From Nitrospinales bacterium (GTDB lineage: Bacteria > Nitrospinota > Nitrospinia > Nitrospinales > VA-1), in the NCBI GenBank assembly GCA_965223795.1, contig CBDCXL010000002.1, forward strand, positions 448,001-512,000: 64,000 nt of DNA, in the 5' to 3' direction. Position numbers and translations under genes: made by a program. The notes beneath the pieces are model-generated. The model was given only the letters and a program-made list of their open reading frames with translations, made no database searches and had not been told where the DNA came from. Position 1 is the stretch's first letter. The number at the start of each line of letters is the position of its first letter. Shown here in pieces: positions 19,544 to 29,197 of the stretch.

Positions 19544-19784
19544 ACCGCAGCCGAATCGGGGATTCCGCACGGTCTGAAGACCTCTCAAGGCCCCTGCCCC
19601 ACACCCCTCATGCACATTCTTTAAGGTATTGCCTTAGATAATTTGCACTTACCCTTCATTTTCAAGGTTCAAACACGTTTCGCGCAAATAGAATAAAATA
19701 TTTATTAACAATAATTTATAATATAATTTACAATAGAATAATTTGTAATTTAGCAAACTCTCCGGGCGAAAACCCGAACGCACC

Positions 19785-20792
19785 ATGCCGAAAAAGTTAC
19801 TGCTGGCCGAGGACACGACCCGGTCGTTTGAAAAATTCAAGAAAGTGCTGGTCAGGAACCAGTGGCAGGTGAGCGCCACGACGGACGGGGAAGAGGCGCT
19901 GGAACTGCTGCATCAATCTTCCTTCGACATCATGGTCAGCGACCTGAACCTGCGCACTCTGAACGGGATGTCGCTGATCAGCCGCGTGCAGCGGGAGCTG
20001 ACTTACAAGCCCCTGATCATCGCCATCACCGACCACGATTTTCCGGAGGTGCGCAAACGGGCATTCGAACACAAGGTGTTCGCGTTTTTGCCCAAGCCGC
20101 TCGACAAAAAAAAATTCGTGGAATGCCTGTACCGGGCGCTCAACTCCGAGCAACTGGTCGACCCGGAGCGGATGCAATCGCTGCCGGCTGCGGAAAACGC
20201 CAGACCGCCGTTCGTGGGCGTGTTCATCGCGGTGGGCACCGGCGGGCCGCAGACGCTGAAATCCCTGTTTCTCAACTGGACGCCGCCGCAAAACGCCGCC
20301 GTCTTCATCGTTCAGCACGGTCCCGAATGGGCCCTAGAAGCGCTTCCGCACCGGTTCATCAACAGCTTCAACATTCCCGCGGTTCTGGCGGAAGACGGCA
20401 TGCAGCCGAAACCCGGCAAGGTGTACATCGCTCCGGGCAGGCATCATCTCAGATTCGACACGCCGCAATGCAAGTTCAAGTTGACGGACGGCCTGCCGGA
20501 AAACTTCCTGCGCCCGTCGGCGGACCCGTTGTTCCGCTCGGCGGCGCAATCCTTCGGTCCCTTCGGCGTCGGCGTGGTGCTGTCGGGCCTGGGCAGCGAC
20601 GGCAGCGAGGGCGCCCGTCTCCTGGAAGAGCAGGAGAGCACGGTGCTGGTGCAGGACCCCAAAACCGCGATCGCTCCCTTGATGCCGCAGGCGGCGATCG
20701 ATTCTCTGCGCCGGCCGCAGAAAGTCGCGCTTGAAGAATTGAGCCTCCGCATCGAAGAAAGTGTGAACACACTGTCCAAGCAGTTATTGTGA
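19785..20792 (+). CDS. Receiver + CheB-type methylesterase domain, catalytic Ser apparently absent
   Basis: REC (VSDLNL, FLPKP); CheB-like IAVGTGGP, IVQH, RPSADPLF, LSGLGSDG, QD...MP. Confidence 0.85.
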   Translation: MPKKLLLAEDTTRSFEKFKKVLVRNQWQVSATTDGEEALELLHQSSFDIMVSDLNLRTLNGMSLISRVQRELTYKPLIIAITDHDFPEVRKRAFEHKVFAFLPKPLDKKKFVECLYRALNSEQLVDPERMQSLPAAENARPPFVGVFIAVGTGGPQTLKSLFLNWTPPQNAAVFIVQHGPEWALEALPHRFINSFNIPAVLAEDGMQPKPGKVYIAPGRHHLRFDTPQCKFKLTDGLPENFLRPSADPLFRSAAQSFGPFGVGVVLSGLGSDGSEGARLLEEQESTVLVQDPKTAIAPLMPQAAIDSLRRPQKVALEELSLRIEESVNTLSKQLL

Positions 20793-20854
20793 ACTCTATT
20801 TCAATCTGAAATCCACGCGCTATCTATGCGACGCCGCGCAAACACAAACGTATC

Positions 20855-21718
20855 ATGCCGATCAATCTGACCGCGATCATTAAAGACCCCAAGGACCTGC
20901 CGTCGCTTCCGGCGGTGTTCAACAAGATCATGCGCTGCGCGCAGGATCCCGAGAGCACGCACAAGGAACTGGAAGCGACGATCCAGCACGATCCAGGCCT
21001 GACCACGCAGATTCTGAAAATCGCCAACAGCTCGTTTTACGGTTTTTCGCAGAAGGTCGAGACCTTGTCGCACGCGCTGGGGACCATCGGCACGGAGCAG
21101 TTGACCAACCTGATGGTGGGCATGATGGTGATCGAGCAGTTCAAGGGGATCCCGGAAAAGTTCGTCACCATGGAATCCTTCTGGGCGCACAGCATCGCCA
21201 GCGGCATCGCGGCCAAGGAAATCGCCGCGCTGATCCTGCCGGACAAGAAGGAGGAGCTGTATCTCGCCGGGATGCTGCACGACATCGGATCGCTGATTCT
21301 TTTCAAGCACCGGGCGGACCAGTCGCGGGACGCGCTGGAGTACTGCAACGAATGGGGAATGAAACTGTCCGACGCGGAGAGGATCGTTTTCGAATTCGAC
21401 CACGCGGAACTGGGGGCGCACCTGTTCGAATACTGGGATCTGCCGGAAATATTCGTGCACACGATCCGGCACCACCACGCCCCCAACAAGGCGCCCAGGC
21501 ACGCCGTCGAAACCGCCATCGTGCACCTGGCCGACTACATCACCATGAACAACTGCCTGGGAAGCAGCGGCGAGCACCAGTATCCCTACCTGAACCCGCA
21601 CGTCCTCAACAGGCTGAACCTGACGGAACGGTCGATGGCGGACGTGTCGGAAAAGACCATCGATTCCTTCGAGGAAATCTTCAACATCTTCTTCCTCAAG
21701 GAACCGGCGGCGGCCTAG
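20855..21718 (+). CDS. HDOD domain protein
   Basis: LPSLP, DPGLTTQILKIANS, FWAHS, AGMLHDIG, DHAELG...WDLP. Confidence 0.93.
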   Translation: MPINLTAIIKDPKDLPSLPAVFNKIMRCAQDPESTHKELEATIQHDPGLTTQILKIANSSFYGFSQKVETLSHALGTIGTEQLTNLMVGMMVIEQFKGIPEKFVTMESFWAHSIASGIAAKEIAALILPDKKEELYLAGMLHDIGSLILFKHRADQSRDALEYCNEWGMKLSDAERIVFEFDHAELGAHLFEYWDLPEIFVHTIRHHHAPNKAPRHAVETAIVHLADYITMNNCLGSSGEHQYPYLNPHVLNRLNLTERSMADVSEKTIDSFEEIFNIFFLKEPAAA

Positions 21719-21739
21719 ACCGCGCTGTCTTTTTTCCTG

Positions 21740-22327
21740 TCACACCCCTTCACGCCCCAGCGCGTGCATCTTATCCAGCCATTTTGCGTGGTTGCAGCCT
21801 TTCGCTGCGTCCACCATGCCGACCAGGCTTTCTTTGACGGGGCCGATGCCGGACAGTTTCAGGATGTTGCGCTCCAGGCTTTTGAGGCTGTGGGCGCCGA
21901 AATACCAGCGGTAAACGAACGCCGGCATGCCCATGGTGACGATCAGGCGGGCGGACCGCCCCTTGAGCAGTCCTTGCGGCATTTTGGATTCCGAAGCGGA
22001 ACCGAGCGCGAACCCGTAGCGGAACACCTGCTCGATGTACGCCTTGAGGAGAGCCGGCAGGGTGCCGTGCCAGAGCGGGTACAGGATCACCAGATGCCCG
22101 GCCCAGCGGATGGCATCCTGGCTCTCCTTTATGGAAGGCGGTACGGGGCCGTTTTCGAATTCTTCCTTGCTGCGCAGGATGGGAAAATCGAGACCGGCGA
22201 TGTGAACGCGCCGGACCTCATGCCCCACCTGCGCCGCCCCTTCGGCGTATTTATCCTCCAGGGCGTGGCAGAAGCGGTTTCCGGCGGGATCGGGATGGCC
22301 CTGAATGATGAGAATGCGCTTGCCCAC
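21740..22327 (-). CDS. Flavodoxin-like NAD(P)H:quinone oxidoreductase (KefF/MdaB family)
   Basis: IIQGHP, YPLWHGTLPALLK, LKGRSA...TMG. Confidence 0.9.
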   Translation of the reverse strand: MGKRILIIQGHPDPAGNRFCHALEDKYAEGAAQVGHEVRRVHIAGLDFPILRSKEEFENGPVPPSIKESQDAIRWAGHLVILYPLWHGTLPALLKAYIEQVFRYGFALGSASESKMPQGLLKGRSARLIVTMGMPAFVYRWYFGAHSLKSLERNILKLSGIGPVKESLVGMVDAAKGCNHAKWLDKMHALGREGV

Positions 22328-22474
22328 GGTTGCCTCCTCACAAACAGAATGGTTCTGTTTGAAGGAGCGGCTGTGGAACTCAGAACTCGAACCGTCCTGC
22401 TTGCATCTATAAAGATGAACGGATCGAAGCGATTATTCCCATGATCTCTCAGGAAGCAATGGGGAGTGCCCCCT

Positions 22475-23314
22475 TCAGGCGGCGCTTTTTTCGAAGTTCA
22501 TGACGCCCCAGGCCAGGTAGTCGTTGTTTCCGGCGTCTACCCAGTGCTTGAGGCCCTTGATCATCTTATCGATGTATTCCTTGCCGCACAGGGAAACCAT
22601 GTAGTCGTAGTTTCTCTCCGTTTCCTGCAGCACGCGGTCGTAATGGGTGGTCAGGTGTTCTGACAATTCGGTGATCTCCGCGCGCTTGAGGCCGAGCTTG
22701 CGGACGGTTTCCAGATAAAATCCGAACGATCCGAGGGAATCGAGATGGATGCGGTCCAGCACCGGCTTGAGAACGCCGTCCGGGCAGTCGTCGGTCTGCA
22801 TGAGGTCGGTGAAGATGAAGTTCCCTTCCTCGCGCAGAACGCGCCAGACTTCTTCGAGGACCCGTTCCCGGTCGGCGCTGTGAACAATGGCGTCCTGAGA
22901 CCAGACCACATCGAAGGAATTGTCGGGCAGGCAGATGTCTTCGAAATTGCCTTCGACCACGGTGATGAGGTGGTCGAGCCCCTGTTCGCGGTTGCTGGCT
23001 TCGTTTCTTGCATTCTGAGTGGAACTGAGATTGAGGCAGGTGACTTTGCAGCCGTAGGTTTTCGCTAAAAAGCGCGCGGCGCCGCCGTATCCGGATCCCA
23101 GATCGAGCACTTCTGTGGAGGGGTCGAGATCCAGTTGTGAGGCCATGATATTGACGATGCGTGGGCTTGCGAGTTTGATGGGTTCGTCTTTTTCATGGTA
23201 GATGCCCACGTGGATGTGCTCCCCACCCCAGATTTTGAAATAAAATCGATCGGCAGGCGAGCTGTTGTAATAATCCTGCGCCTTTTCGACTGCGTCACCG
23301 GTGGTTATTCTCAT
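22475..23314 (-). CDS. Sarcosine/dimethylglycine N-methyltransferase-like SAM methyltransferase
   Basis: YYNS..ADRFY..IWGGEHIHVG, LDLGSGYGG, WSQDA, LAWG. Confidence 0.85.
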   Translation of the reverse strand: MRITTGDAVEKAQDYYNSSPADRFYFKIWGGEHIHVGIYHEKDEPIKLASPRIVNIMASQLDLDPSTEVLDLGSGYGGAARFLAKTYGCKVTCLNLSSTQNARNEASNREQGLDHLITVVEGNFEDICLPDNSFDVVWSQDAIVHSADRERVLEEVWRVLREEGNFIFTDLMQTDDCPDGVLKPVLDRIHLDSLGSFGFYLETVRKLGLKRAEITELSEHLTTHYDRVLQETERNYDYMVSLCGKEYIDKMIKGLKHWVDAGNNDYLAWGVMNFEKSAA

Positions 23315-23561
23315 AATGCCCCTCCTTAATTTTAAAAATTTCAGGATGGCATCCAGTCCCCCCTCAAAAAAAGGTTTTTTTATAGAGTTCCTTGTTACGA
23401 AACTATTAAAAAAGGAAAACTGAACACAAAATCACACAAACTAAATAATTAATTCGGATTTCTTAAATAAGATATGAATTCGAGGAAGTGTTATGATAAC
23501 AAAATTATAGATTATTGCAAGTTATGCCCGTTCTTTCTTTTTTCCCTCAGCCGATATAATT

Positions 23562-25082
23562 TTGCACGAAAAAATCAAAATCAGGCCTCTCGGTTTCTTC
23601 AAGCGCACGTCCCCGCCCGTTTTCCTGATATCCGCCTTGACCATGATTTTATTGATCCTGCTTTGTGTTTTTTTCACGGACACGGCGGAAAGGTTTTTCT
23701 CCGCATTGCAGAATCAAATCACCGATTCGTTCAGCTGGCTGTTCACGCTTGCCACGTTTTTTTTTCTGCTGTTCGCGTTGTTTCTCATATTCAGCCCGTT
23801 CGGGAAAATCCGTCTGGGCCTGGCGGACGACCGGCCTGAATTTTCGACGCTCTCCTGGTTTGCCATGCTGTTCAGCGCCGGGATGGGCATCGGCCTGGTG
23901 TTCTGGAGCGTCGCGGAGCCGATCCTGCATTACGTCGATCCGCCTTCGGGCGAGGGAAGCCCCGTTGCGGCGGCGCAGGAGGCGATGAAAATCACGTATT
24001 TTCACTGGGGGCTGCACGCCTGGGCGATCTTCATGGTGGTGGGTCTTTCGCTGGCATTTTTTTCTTTCCGCCGCGGACTGCCGTTTTCCCTGCGGTCGAC
24101 GTTTTATCCCATCCTGGGCGACCGGATCTACGGCCCCATCGGGCACGCGATCGATATTTTCGCGGTGGTAGGAACCATGTTCGGGGTGGCGACGTCGCTG
24201 GGGCTGGGCGCCATGCAGGTCAACTCCGGCCTGAACTTCGTCGCCGGAGTGGCGACCTCCATACCGGTGCAGCTTTTGCTGATCGCCGGGATCACGGCCA
24301 TCGCCACGGTTTCGGTGGTCCTGGGACTGCACAAGGGAATCAGCCGGCTGAGCAGCTTCAACCTGTTCCTGGCGGCCACGCTCATGCTGTTCGTTCTGGC
24401 CACGGGACCCACTGCATATATTTTCAACAATTTATGGGAAAGCACCGGGCATTATCTCGGCAGCCTGGCGCAGTTGAGCTACTGGAGCGAGTGGGAAACG
24501 GACCTGAAATGGAAATCGAGCTGGACGATTTTCTACTGGGCCTGGTGGGTGGCGTGGGCCCCGTTCGTCGGCACGTTCATCGCGCGCATTTCACGCGGGC
24601 GCACGATCCGCGAGCTTCTGGTGGCCGGTTTGATCGCACCGACGCTGGCGACGTTTTTCTGGTTGAGCGTGTTCGGCGGAACGGCGCTGCACCTGGAAAT
24701 TTTCCAGGGCGCGCCGATTGCCGAAGCGGTGTCGGCGGATGTCAGCACGGCTTTGTTCAAGACGCTGGGCAACCTGCCGTTCGCCATCGTGTCCGCCTGC
24801 CTCGCCACACTGGCGATCGTCACCTTTTTCGTCACCTCCTCGGATTCGGGCAGCCTGGTGATCGACATGATCACGGCGGGCGGCGACCCCGATCCGCCGG
24901 TCAATCAAAGGCTGTTCTGGGCGATCACGGAAGGGGCCATCGCCATGGTGCTGCTGGTAGCGGGAGGGTTGAAATCCCTGCAGACGGCGGCGATCGCTTC
25001 CGGGTTTCCGCTCGCCCTGCTGCTTCTGGCCATGTGCTTCGCGCTGCTCAAGGGGCTGCGCGAGGACACCAATAATTCCTGA
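23562..25082 (+). CDS. BCCT family betaine/choline/carnitine transporter
   Basis: WFAMLFSAGMGIGLVFW, FHWGLHAW, WTIFYWAWWVAWAPFVG, ARISRGRTIRE, TSSDS. Confidence 0.96.
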   Translation: MHEKIKIRPLGFFKRTSPPVFLISALTMILLILLCVFFTDTAERFFSALQNQITDSFSWLFTLATFFFLLFALFLIFSPFGKIRLGLADDRPEFSTLSWFAMLFSAGMGIGLVFWSVAEPILHYVDPPSGEGSPVAAAQEAMKITYFHWGLHAWAIFMVVGLSLAFFSFRRGLPFSLRSTFYPILGDRIYGPIGHAIDIFAVVGTMFGVATSLGLGAMQVNSGLNFVAGVATSIPVQLLLIAGITAIATVSVVLGLHKGISRLSSFNLFLAATLMLFVLATGPTAYIFNNLWESTGHYLGSLAQLSYWSEWETDLKWKSSWTIFYWAWWVAWAPFVGTFIARISRGRTIRELLVAGLIAPTLATFFWLSVFGGTALHLEIFQGAPIAEAVSADVSTALFKTLGNLPFAIVSACLATLAIVTFFVTSSDSGSLVIDMITAGGDPDPPVNQRLFWAITEGAIAMVLLVAGGLKSLQTAAIASGFPLALLLLAMCFALLKGLREDTNNS

Positions 25083-25088
25083 CGCCCG

Positions 25089-25607
25089 CTATTTTTTCTC
25101 CGGCACCTCCGCGCCGATCGCCTTGAGTCCGGCGCTGGCGCAGGCTTCGTCGAGATGCCCGCCCGGTGCGCCGCCGACGCCGATGCCGCCGACCACGTCG
25201 CTGCCGAACTTCACGGGAAACCCGCCCGCCAGAAGCAGGATGTCCTCGTTCATTTTACCGAGCGCCTGAATGTTCGGCATTTTTACCACCAATTCGGCGA
25301 AATGACCGGTGGCCCGCTTGAGGCTGTTGGAGGTGTAGGCTTTCTTGAAGCTGCTGTCCGGAGTGTGCGGCCCGGCGCCGTCGCTGCGCACCAGCGCCTT
25401 GATCACACCGCCGGAATCGACCACGGCGACGCTGACTTTATAGCCGTCGGACTCGCATTGGACGCGCGCCGCATCGGCGGCTTTCTGGGCCAGCACGATC
25501 GGCAGCATTTTCTGGGACGGCAGGTCGGCGGCGTGCGCCCAGTGCGGCAGCGCGGCCAACATGGCAAGAACGGGCAGTGACCTTATAACAGAACGTGTCG
25601 CGAACAT
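25089..25607 (-). CDS. GlcG/HbpS-family heme-binding protein with signal peptide
   Basis: VAVVDSGG, KKAYTS, GGFP, GGIGVGG. Confidence 0.88.
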   Translation of the reverse strand: MFATRSVIRSLPVLAMLAALPHWAHAADLPSQKMLPIVLAQKAADAARVQCESDGYKVSVAVVDSGGVIKALVRSDGAGPHTPDSSFKKAYTSNSLKRATGHFAELVVKMPNIQALGKMNEDILLLAGGFPVKFGSDVVGGIGVGGAPGGHLDEACASAGLKAIGAEVPEKK

Positions 25608-25703
25608 GGAGCTGTCCTTTCCATAAGAAATGAGTGAGGTTGATGGACTATCAGCCTAGCACGTTTTGCAGGGGAAAGACCGGTCAATCGGAGGAAAGCG
25701 GGT

Positions 25704-26020
25704 TCACCCGTTTTGCATGAGGCTCCATTTGCCGGGGCCCATGAGGAAGATGGCGGCCAGCGCGGCGATGAGGACGAAGTTGTACTCGAATCCGCCGTTG
25801 ACGATGTTGAAGCCGTTGGGACCGGTCGCGGTGGCGATGGCCACGAGCATGGTAAAGATGAGGGGCAGCGAGGCCCAGCGGGCGAACGCGCCGAGGAGGA
25901 GCGCGAAGCCGCCGAAAAACTCGGTCATCGCCGCGAGGTAGGCGTTGAGCGCGGGAAACGGGATTCCCAGTTTGGTGAGGTAGCCTGTGAATCCCACGAT
26001 GCCGGGACCATGAGAAAGGT
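25704..26020 (-). pseudogene. 5'-truncated DoxX family membrane protein
   Basis: EFFGG..LLLGAFARWA and GGFEYNFVL...GPGKWSL present; first TM helix absent, with an in-frame TAA about 12 codons upstream near the MITE-like element. Confidence 0.7.
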
Positions 26021-26047
26021 AGCAGCAGGGGCCGTGTTACGACCTCT

Positions 26048-26176
26048 GAGATTTTTGCATAAGTCAGCTTGTTAAAGAAATAGGGACTTATTGTCACCCT
26101 GAGCTTGTCGAAGGGTGCAGGGAATCATGCTTCGACAAGCTCAGCATGACAGGTCATCGACTTATGCAAAGATCTC
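26048..26176. mobile_element. 129 bp MITE-like element with 18 bp terminal inverted repeats and an internal REP-like hairpin pair
   Basis: GAGATTTTTGCATAAGTC (26048-26065) / GACTTATGCAAAGATCTC (26159-26176), 1 mismatch; internal inverted units 26092-26113 and 26130-26151; no target duplication seen. Confidence 0.75.
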
Positions 26177-26195
26177 GGTCTCCGGGGGATGCGGA

Positions 26196-26957
26196 TCACA
26201 ATTCTTCGGCGATCAGCGCCTTGAGCCGGGTGCGCAGGCGGAACACGGCTTTGGAGTGGATCTGGGACACGCGCGATTCGGTGATGCTCAACACCTCGCC
26301 GATCTCTTTCATGGTCAGCTCTTCGTAATAATAGAGCGAGATCATGAGCCTTTCCTTTTCGGGCAATTGATCGATGGCTTTGGCGATGATCTCCTTGAGC
26401 TCGTTCAGGCGCAATTGCGTCTGCGGATCGGAGTCTCCCTTGCCGGCAAGGCAGTCGAGCAGGCTCTGCTGCTCTCCGGTGTCTTTGGCGATTCCCAGAT
26501 CCTCCAGGCTCAATACGGGCATGCTTCGTGTCTCGTTGATGGTGTCAAATAATTCGTTGAGGTTCAGTCCCATTTCCGAGGCGACTTCTTCATCCTCGGG
26601 TGGGCGTCCGAGCTGGCTTTGCAGCCTCTGCACCACCGAGTCGAGCGAGGCGGCTTTCTGCCGCACGGAGCGCGGCACCCAGTCCATGGAACGCAGCTCG
26701 TCCAGAATCGCGCCGCGGACGCGGAACTCGGCGTAAGTCTTGAATTTCGCGCCGCGCGAAGGATCGTATTTCTGAATCGCGTCGATCAGCCCGAGCACGC
26801 CCACGCTGATCAGATCGTCCACCTCGATGTGGGGCGGCAGCCGCATGGCGATGCGGTTGGCCACGTACTTGATCATCGGGCCGTATTCCTTGATCACCGC
26901 GTCGCGGTTCTCCACGGATATTTCGATTTCCTGAGCGACCTGCGCTTTTTCCGCCAT
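26196..26957 (-). CDS. fliA: Flagellar sigma factor sigma28
   Basis: DDLISVGVLGL, FKTYAEFRVRGAILDELRSMDWVPRS, LYYYEELTMKEIG, SRVSQIH. Confidence 0.97.
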   Translation of the reverse strand: MAEKAQVAQEIEISVENRDAVIKEYGPMIKYVANRIAMRLPPHIEVDDLISVGVLGLIDAIQKYDPSRGAKFKTYAEFRVRGAILDELRSMDWVPRSVRQKAASLDSVVQRLQSQLGRPPEDEEVASEMGLNLNELFDTINETRSMPVLSLEDLGIAKDTGEQQSLLDCLAGKGDSDPQTQLRLNELKEIIAKAIDQLPEKERLMISLYYYEELTMKEIGEVLSITESRVSQIHSKAVFRLRTRLKALIAEEL

Positions 26958-26972
26958 TCAATCGTTCCTGGT

Positions 26973-27221
26973 TTAAACCGTTTCGTCTAAATGGGCGCCC
27001 TTTTGCTCGCTGTCGGGCTCTTCGGGCGGCGTCTCGTCCTTTTGCTCCAGGAAGAAGCCGCCCAGAAACCAGGCCAGAACGCCGAACAACAGCGCTCCCT
27101 GGGCTCCCCGCATCAGGGCGGTCACGATCCTCGCTCCGCTCAACGCGCTCCCGAACGTGAGGACTGCAAAGGAAAGGAGCGCGAAGATGAGCGCCATCTT
27201 TTTGATGCCGGTGCTGCTCAT
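26973..27221 (-). CDS. Small two-TM protein of the flagellar operon
   Basis: ATGA overlap with the flhG stop; two TM helices and an acidic tail. Confidence 0.75.
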   Translation of the reverse strand: MSSTGIKKMALIFALLSFAVLTFGSALSGARIVTALMRGAQGALLFGVLAWFLGGFFLEQKDETPPEEPDSEQKGAHLDETV

Positions 27222-28084
27222 TGAACCTGAAACGCGCTTCTCCAAAAGAAGGGACGGTCGGCGCCGTCCGGTTCCACCGGTTTTTCATGCACCAGTTTTT
27301 CGGACAGGGTCTGGATGCACTGGCTCATCTTGCTGTAGGGGTACAGTTCCATCACGGCTTTCTGCTGGCGCACCGCTTTGGGCACGTTGGCGTCGGACAG
27401 AATGAAGCCCATGTATTCGACCGAGATGTGCTTCAGGAATTTGTCGGTCACGGCTGAAAGGTTCCTGAAAACCACTTGCGCTTCTCTTTCCGATTCGACT
27501 GAATTGATGATGAGGCGAAAATGCTTTTGCGCGTGCTTCAGATGCAGAACCTTGATCAGCGCGTAAACGTCGGTCAAAGAGGTGGGTTCCGTGGTCGCGA
27601 TCAGGACGATCTCGTGAGCGGCGCTGCAAAAATAGGTGACGTTGTTCGAGATCCCCGCGCCGGTGTCGAACAGAAGAAAATCGTAACCCTGGCTGACCCG
27701 GTCCAGCTCGTCCATGAGACGCATTTTCGTCCCGCTTTCAAGCTGGGTCAGCTCCTGCAGTCCGTCCCCCGCAGGCAGCACTCCCATGCCCGCAGGCCCC
27801 TGCACGATGATTTCATCGACGTTCTTTTCACCGGACAAAACATGCCCGATGTGGAACCTGGGAGTCAGCCCGAGGAGGATGTCGATGTTGTTGAGTCCCA
27901 GATCGGCATCGACGACCAGGACCCGCTTGCCCCGTTTTGAAAGGGAGTAGGCCAGGTTGGCGACCACGTTGGTTTTGCCAACGCCGCCCTTACCGCTGCT
28001 GACAGCCAACACCCTGAGTGGGGAATTTTTCATTTGATTGGTGATAAGACTCCTTAATGTGGCTGCCTGATCGTAACGCTCCAA
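27218..28084 (-). CDS. flhG: MinD-like flagellar number regulator FlhG/FleN
   Basis: DQAATLR N-terminus, SGKGGVGKT, DADLGL, DTGAG, EPTSLTDVYALIK. Confidence 0.95.
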   Translation of the reverse strand: MERYDQAATLRSLITNQMKNSPLRVLAVSSGKGGVGKTNVVANLAYSLSKRGKRVLVVDADLGLNNIDILLGLTPRFHIGHVLSGEKNVDEIIVQGPAGMGVLPAGDGLQELTQLESGTKMRLMDELDRVSQGYDFLLFDTGAGISNNVTYFCSAAHEIVLIATTEPTSLTDVYALIKVLHLKHAQKHFRLIINSVESEREAQVVFRNLSAVTDKFLKHISVEYMGFILSDANVPKAVRQQKAVMELYPYSKMSQCIQTLSEKLVHEKPVEPDGADRPFFWRSAFQVQ

Positions 28085-28111
28085 TTTCGCGCTCCTTAAT
28101 TTACTTGGATT

Positions 28112-29197
28112 TCAGTTAAAAATCAAACGAATTACCTTTTCTTTCTCCGCAACTTCCAAATCCTCGGGAACGCGCTGCCCGGTTGTGAAGTAAGAAAAGG
28201 GAATGCGCGTGCGCATGAAAAAATTCACAAGCGGCCCGAACATCAGGCCTTCGTCGAGTTTGGTGAACACGACGCGGTCGATGCCCAAAGAGGAAAATTG
28301 TCTGCACGCGGCGTGCATCTGGTTCTCCTGCGCGGTGACTTCCAGAACGAGCTGGGTTTCGATGCTGCCCAGTTCGTTGAACAGCACCTTGAGCTGCCCG
28401 GAATACGAACGGTCCCTGTGGCATTTGCCCATCGTGTCGATCAGAATGAGATCTTTGTCCGTGTGCGTGCGCGCGATCTGCTTCAGCTCGTTGCGGTTCT
28501 GCGCGAGCGCGACGGGAATTTTTAAAATGTCGCCATAAATGCGCAGCTGATCGAACGCCCCCATGCGGTAGGTGTCGAGCGAAACCAGAGCGACTTTCTT
28601 TTTCTGCCGGAGCGTGAAATCCGCCGCCAGCTTGGCGATGGTCGTGGTTTTGCCCGCGCCCGTAGGACCTACAAAAACAACCTTTTTTGTGCGCTTCGGA
28701 TCGAGTTCGATGCCGCCTTTAAAGACCAGCACCTTCTCCATCAGCGCCTGCACGCGGGCCTGATCGTCACCGGGGCCTGCGTCCGGCTTCGGCTGGTTTT
28801 CACAACAGGCCTTCTCGATGAACCGGGAGGCCAGCTGTTCCTGCAAGCCGCGTTCGAGCAGACGCGAGTAGATGCCGATCTGATGCGGCTTGAGCCCCAG
28901 CGCCTGGGCCTGCTGGCTTTCACTCAACAGCGCGCGGAACACCGATTTCAGATCGTAGTCTTCCTCGCCGGAAAAATCGATGCGATCCCATTCCTCTCCG
29001 CGGGAAAACGCAACCGCTTCTTTTCTGCCGACGTATTCGATGGCGGCGGTGATCTCGACGACCGGCGCCGCGCCGTTCGAACCGGGTTCGTCTTTCAGCG
29101 AGCGCGTGCTCAGGATGAGCGCGTTCTCGCCCAGTTCTTTTTTCACCTGGGTCAGGGCGTCTGTGTAATTGGATGCGACGAAGCGTCTAATTCGCAT
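28112..29197 (-). CDS. flhF: SRP-type GTPase FlhF
   Basis: GPTGAGKTTT, DTYR, DTMG, TKLDE, GQRVPEDL. Confidence 0.95.
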   Translation of the reverse strand: MRIRRFVASNYTDALTQVKKELGENALILSTRSLKDEPGSNGAAPVVEITAAIEYVGRKEAVAFSRGEEWDRIDFSGEEDYDLKSVFRALLSESQQAQALGLKPHQIGIYSRLLERGLQEQLASRFIEKACCENQPKPDAGPGDDQARVQALMEKVLVFKGGIELDPKRTKKVVFVGPTGAGKTTTIAKLAADFTLRQKKKVALVSLDTYRMGAFDQLRIYGDILKIPVALAQNRNELKQIARTHTDKDLILIDTMGKCHRDRSYSGQLKVLFNELGSIETQLVLEVTAQENQMHAACRQFSSLGIDRVVFTKLDEGLMFGPLVNFFMRTRIPFSYFTTGQRVPEDLEVAEKEKVIRLIFN

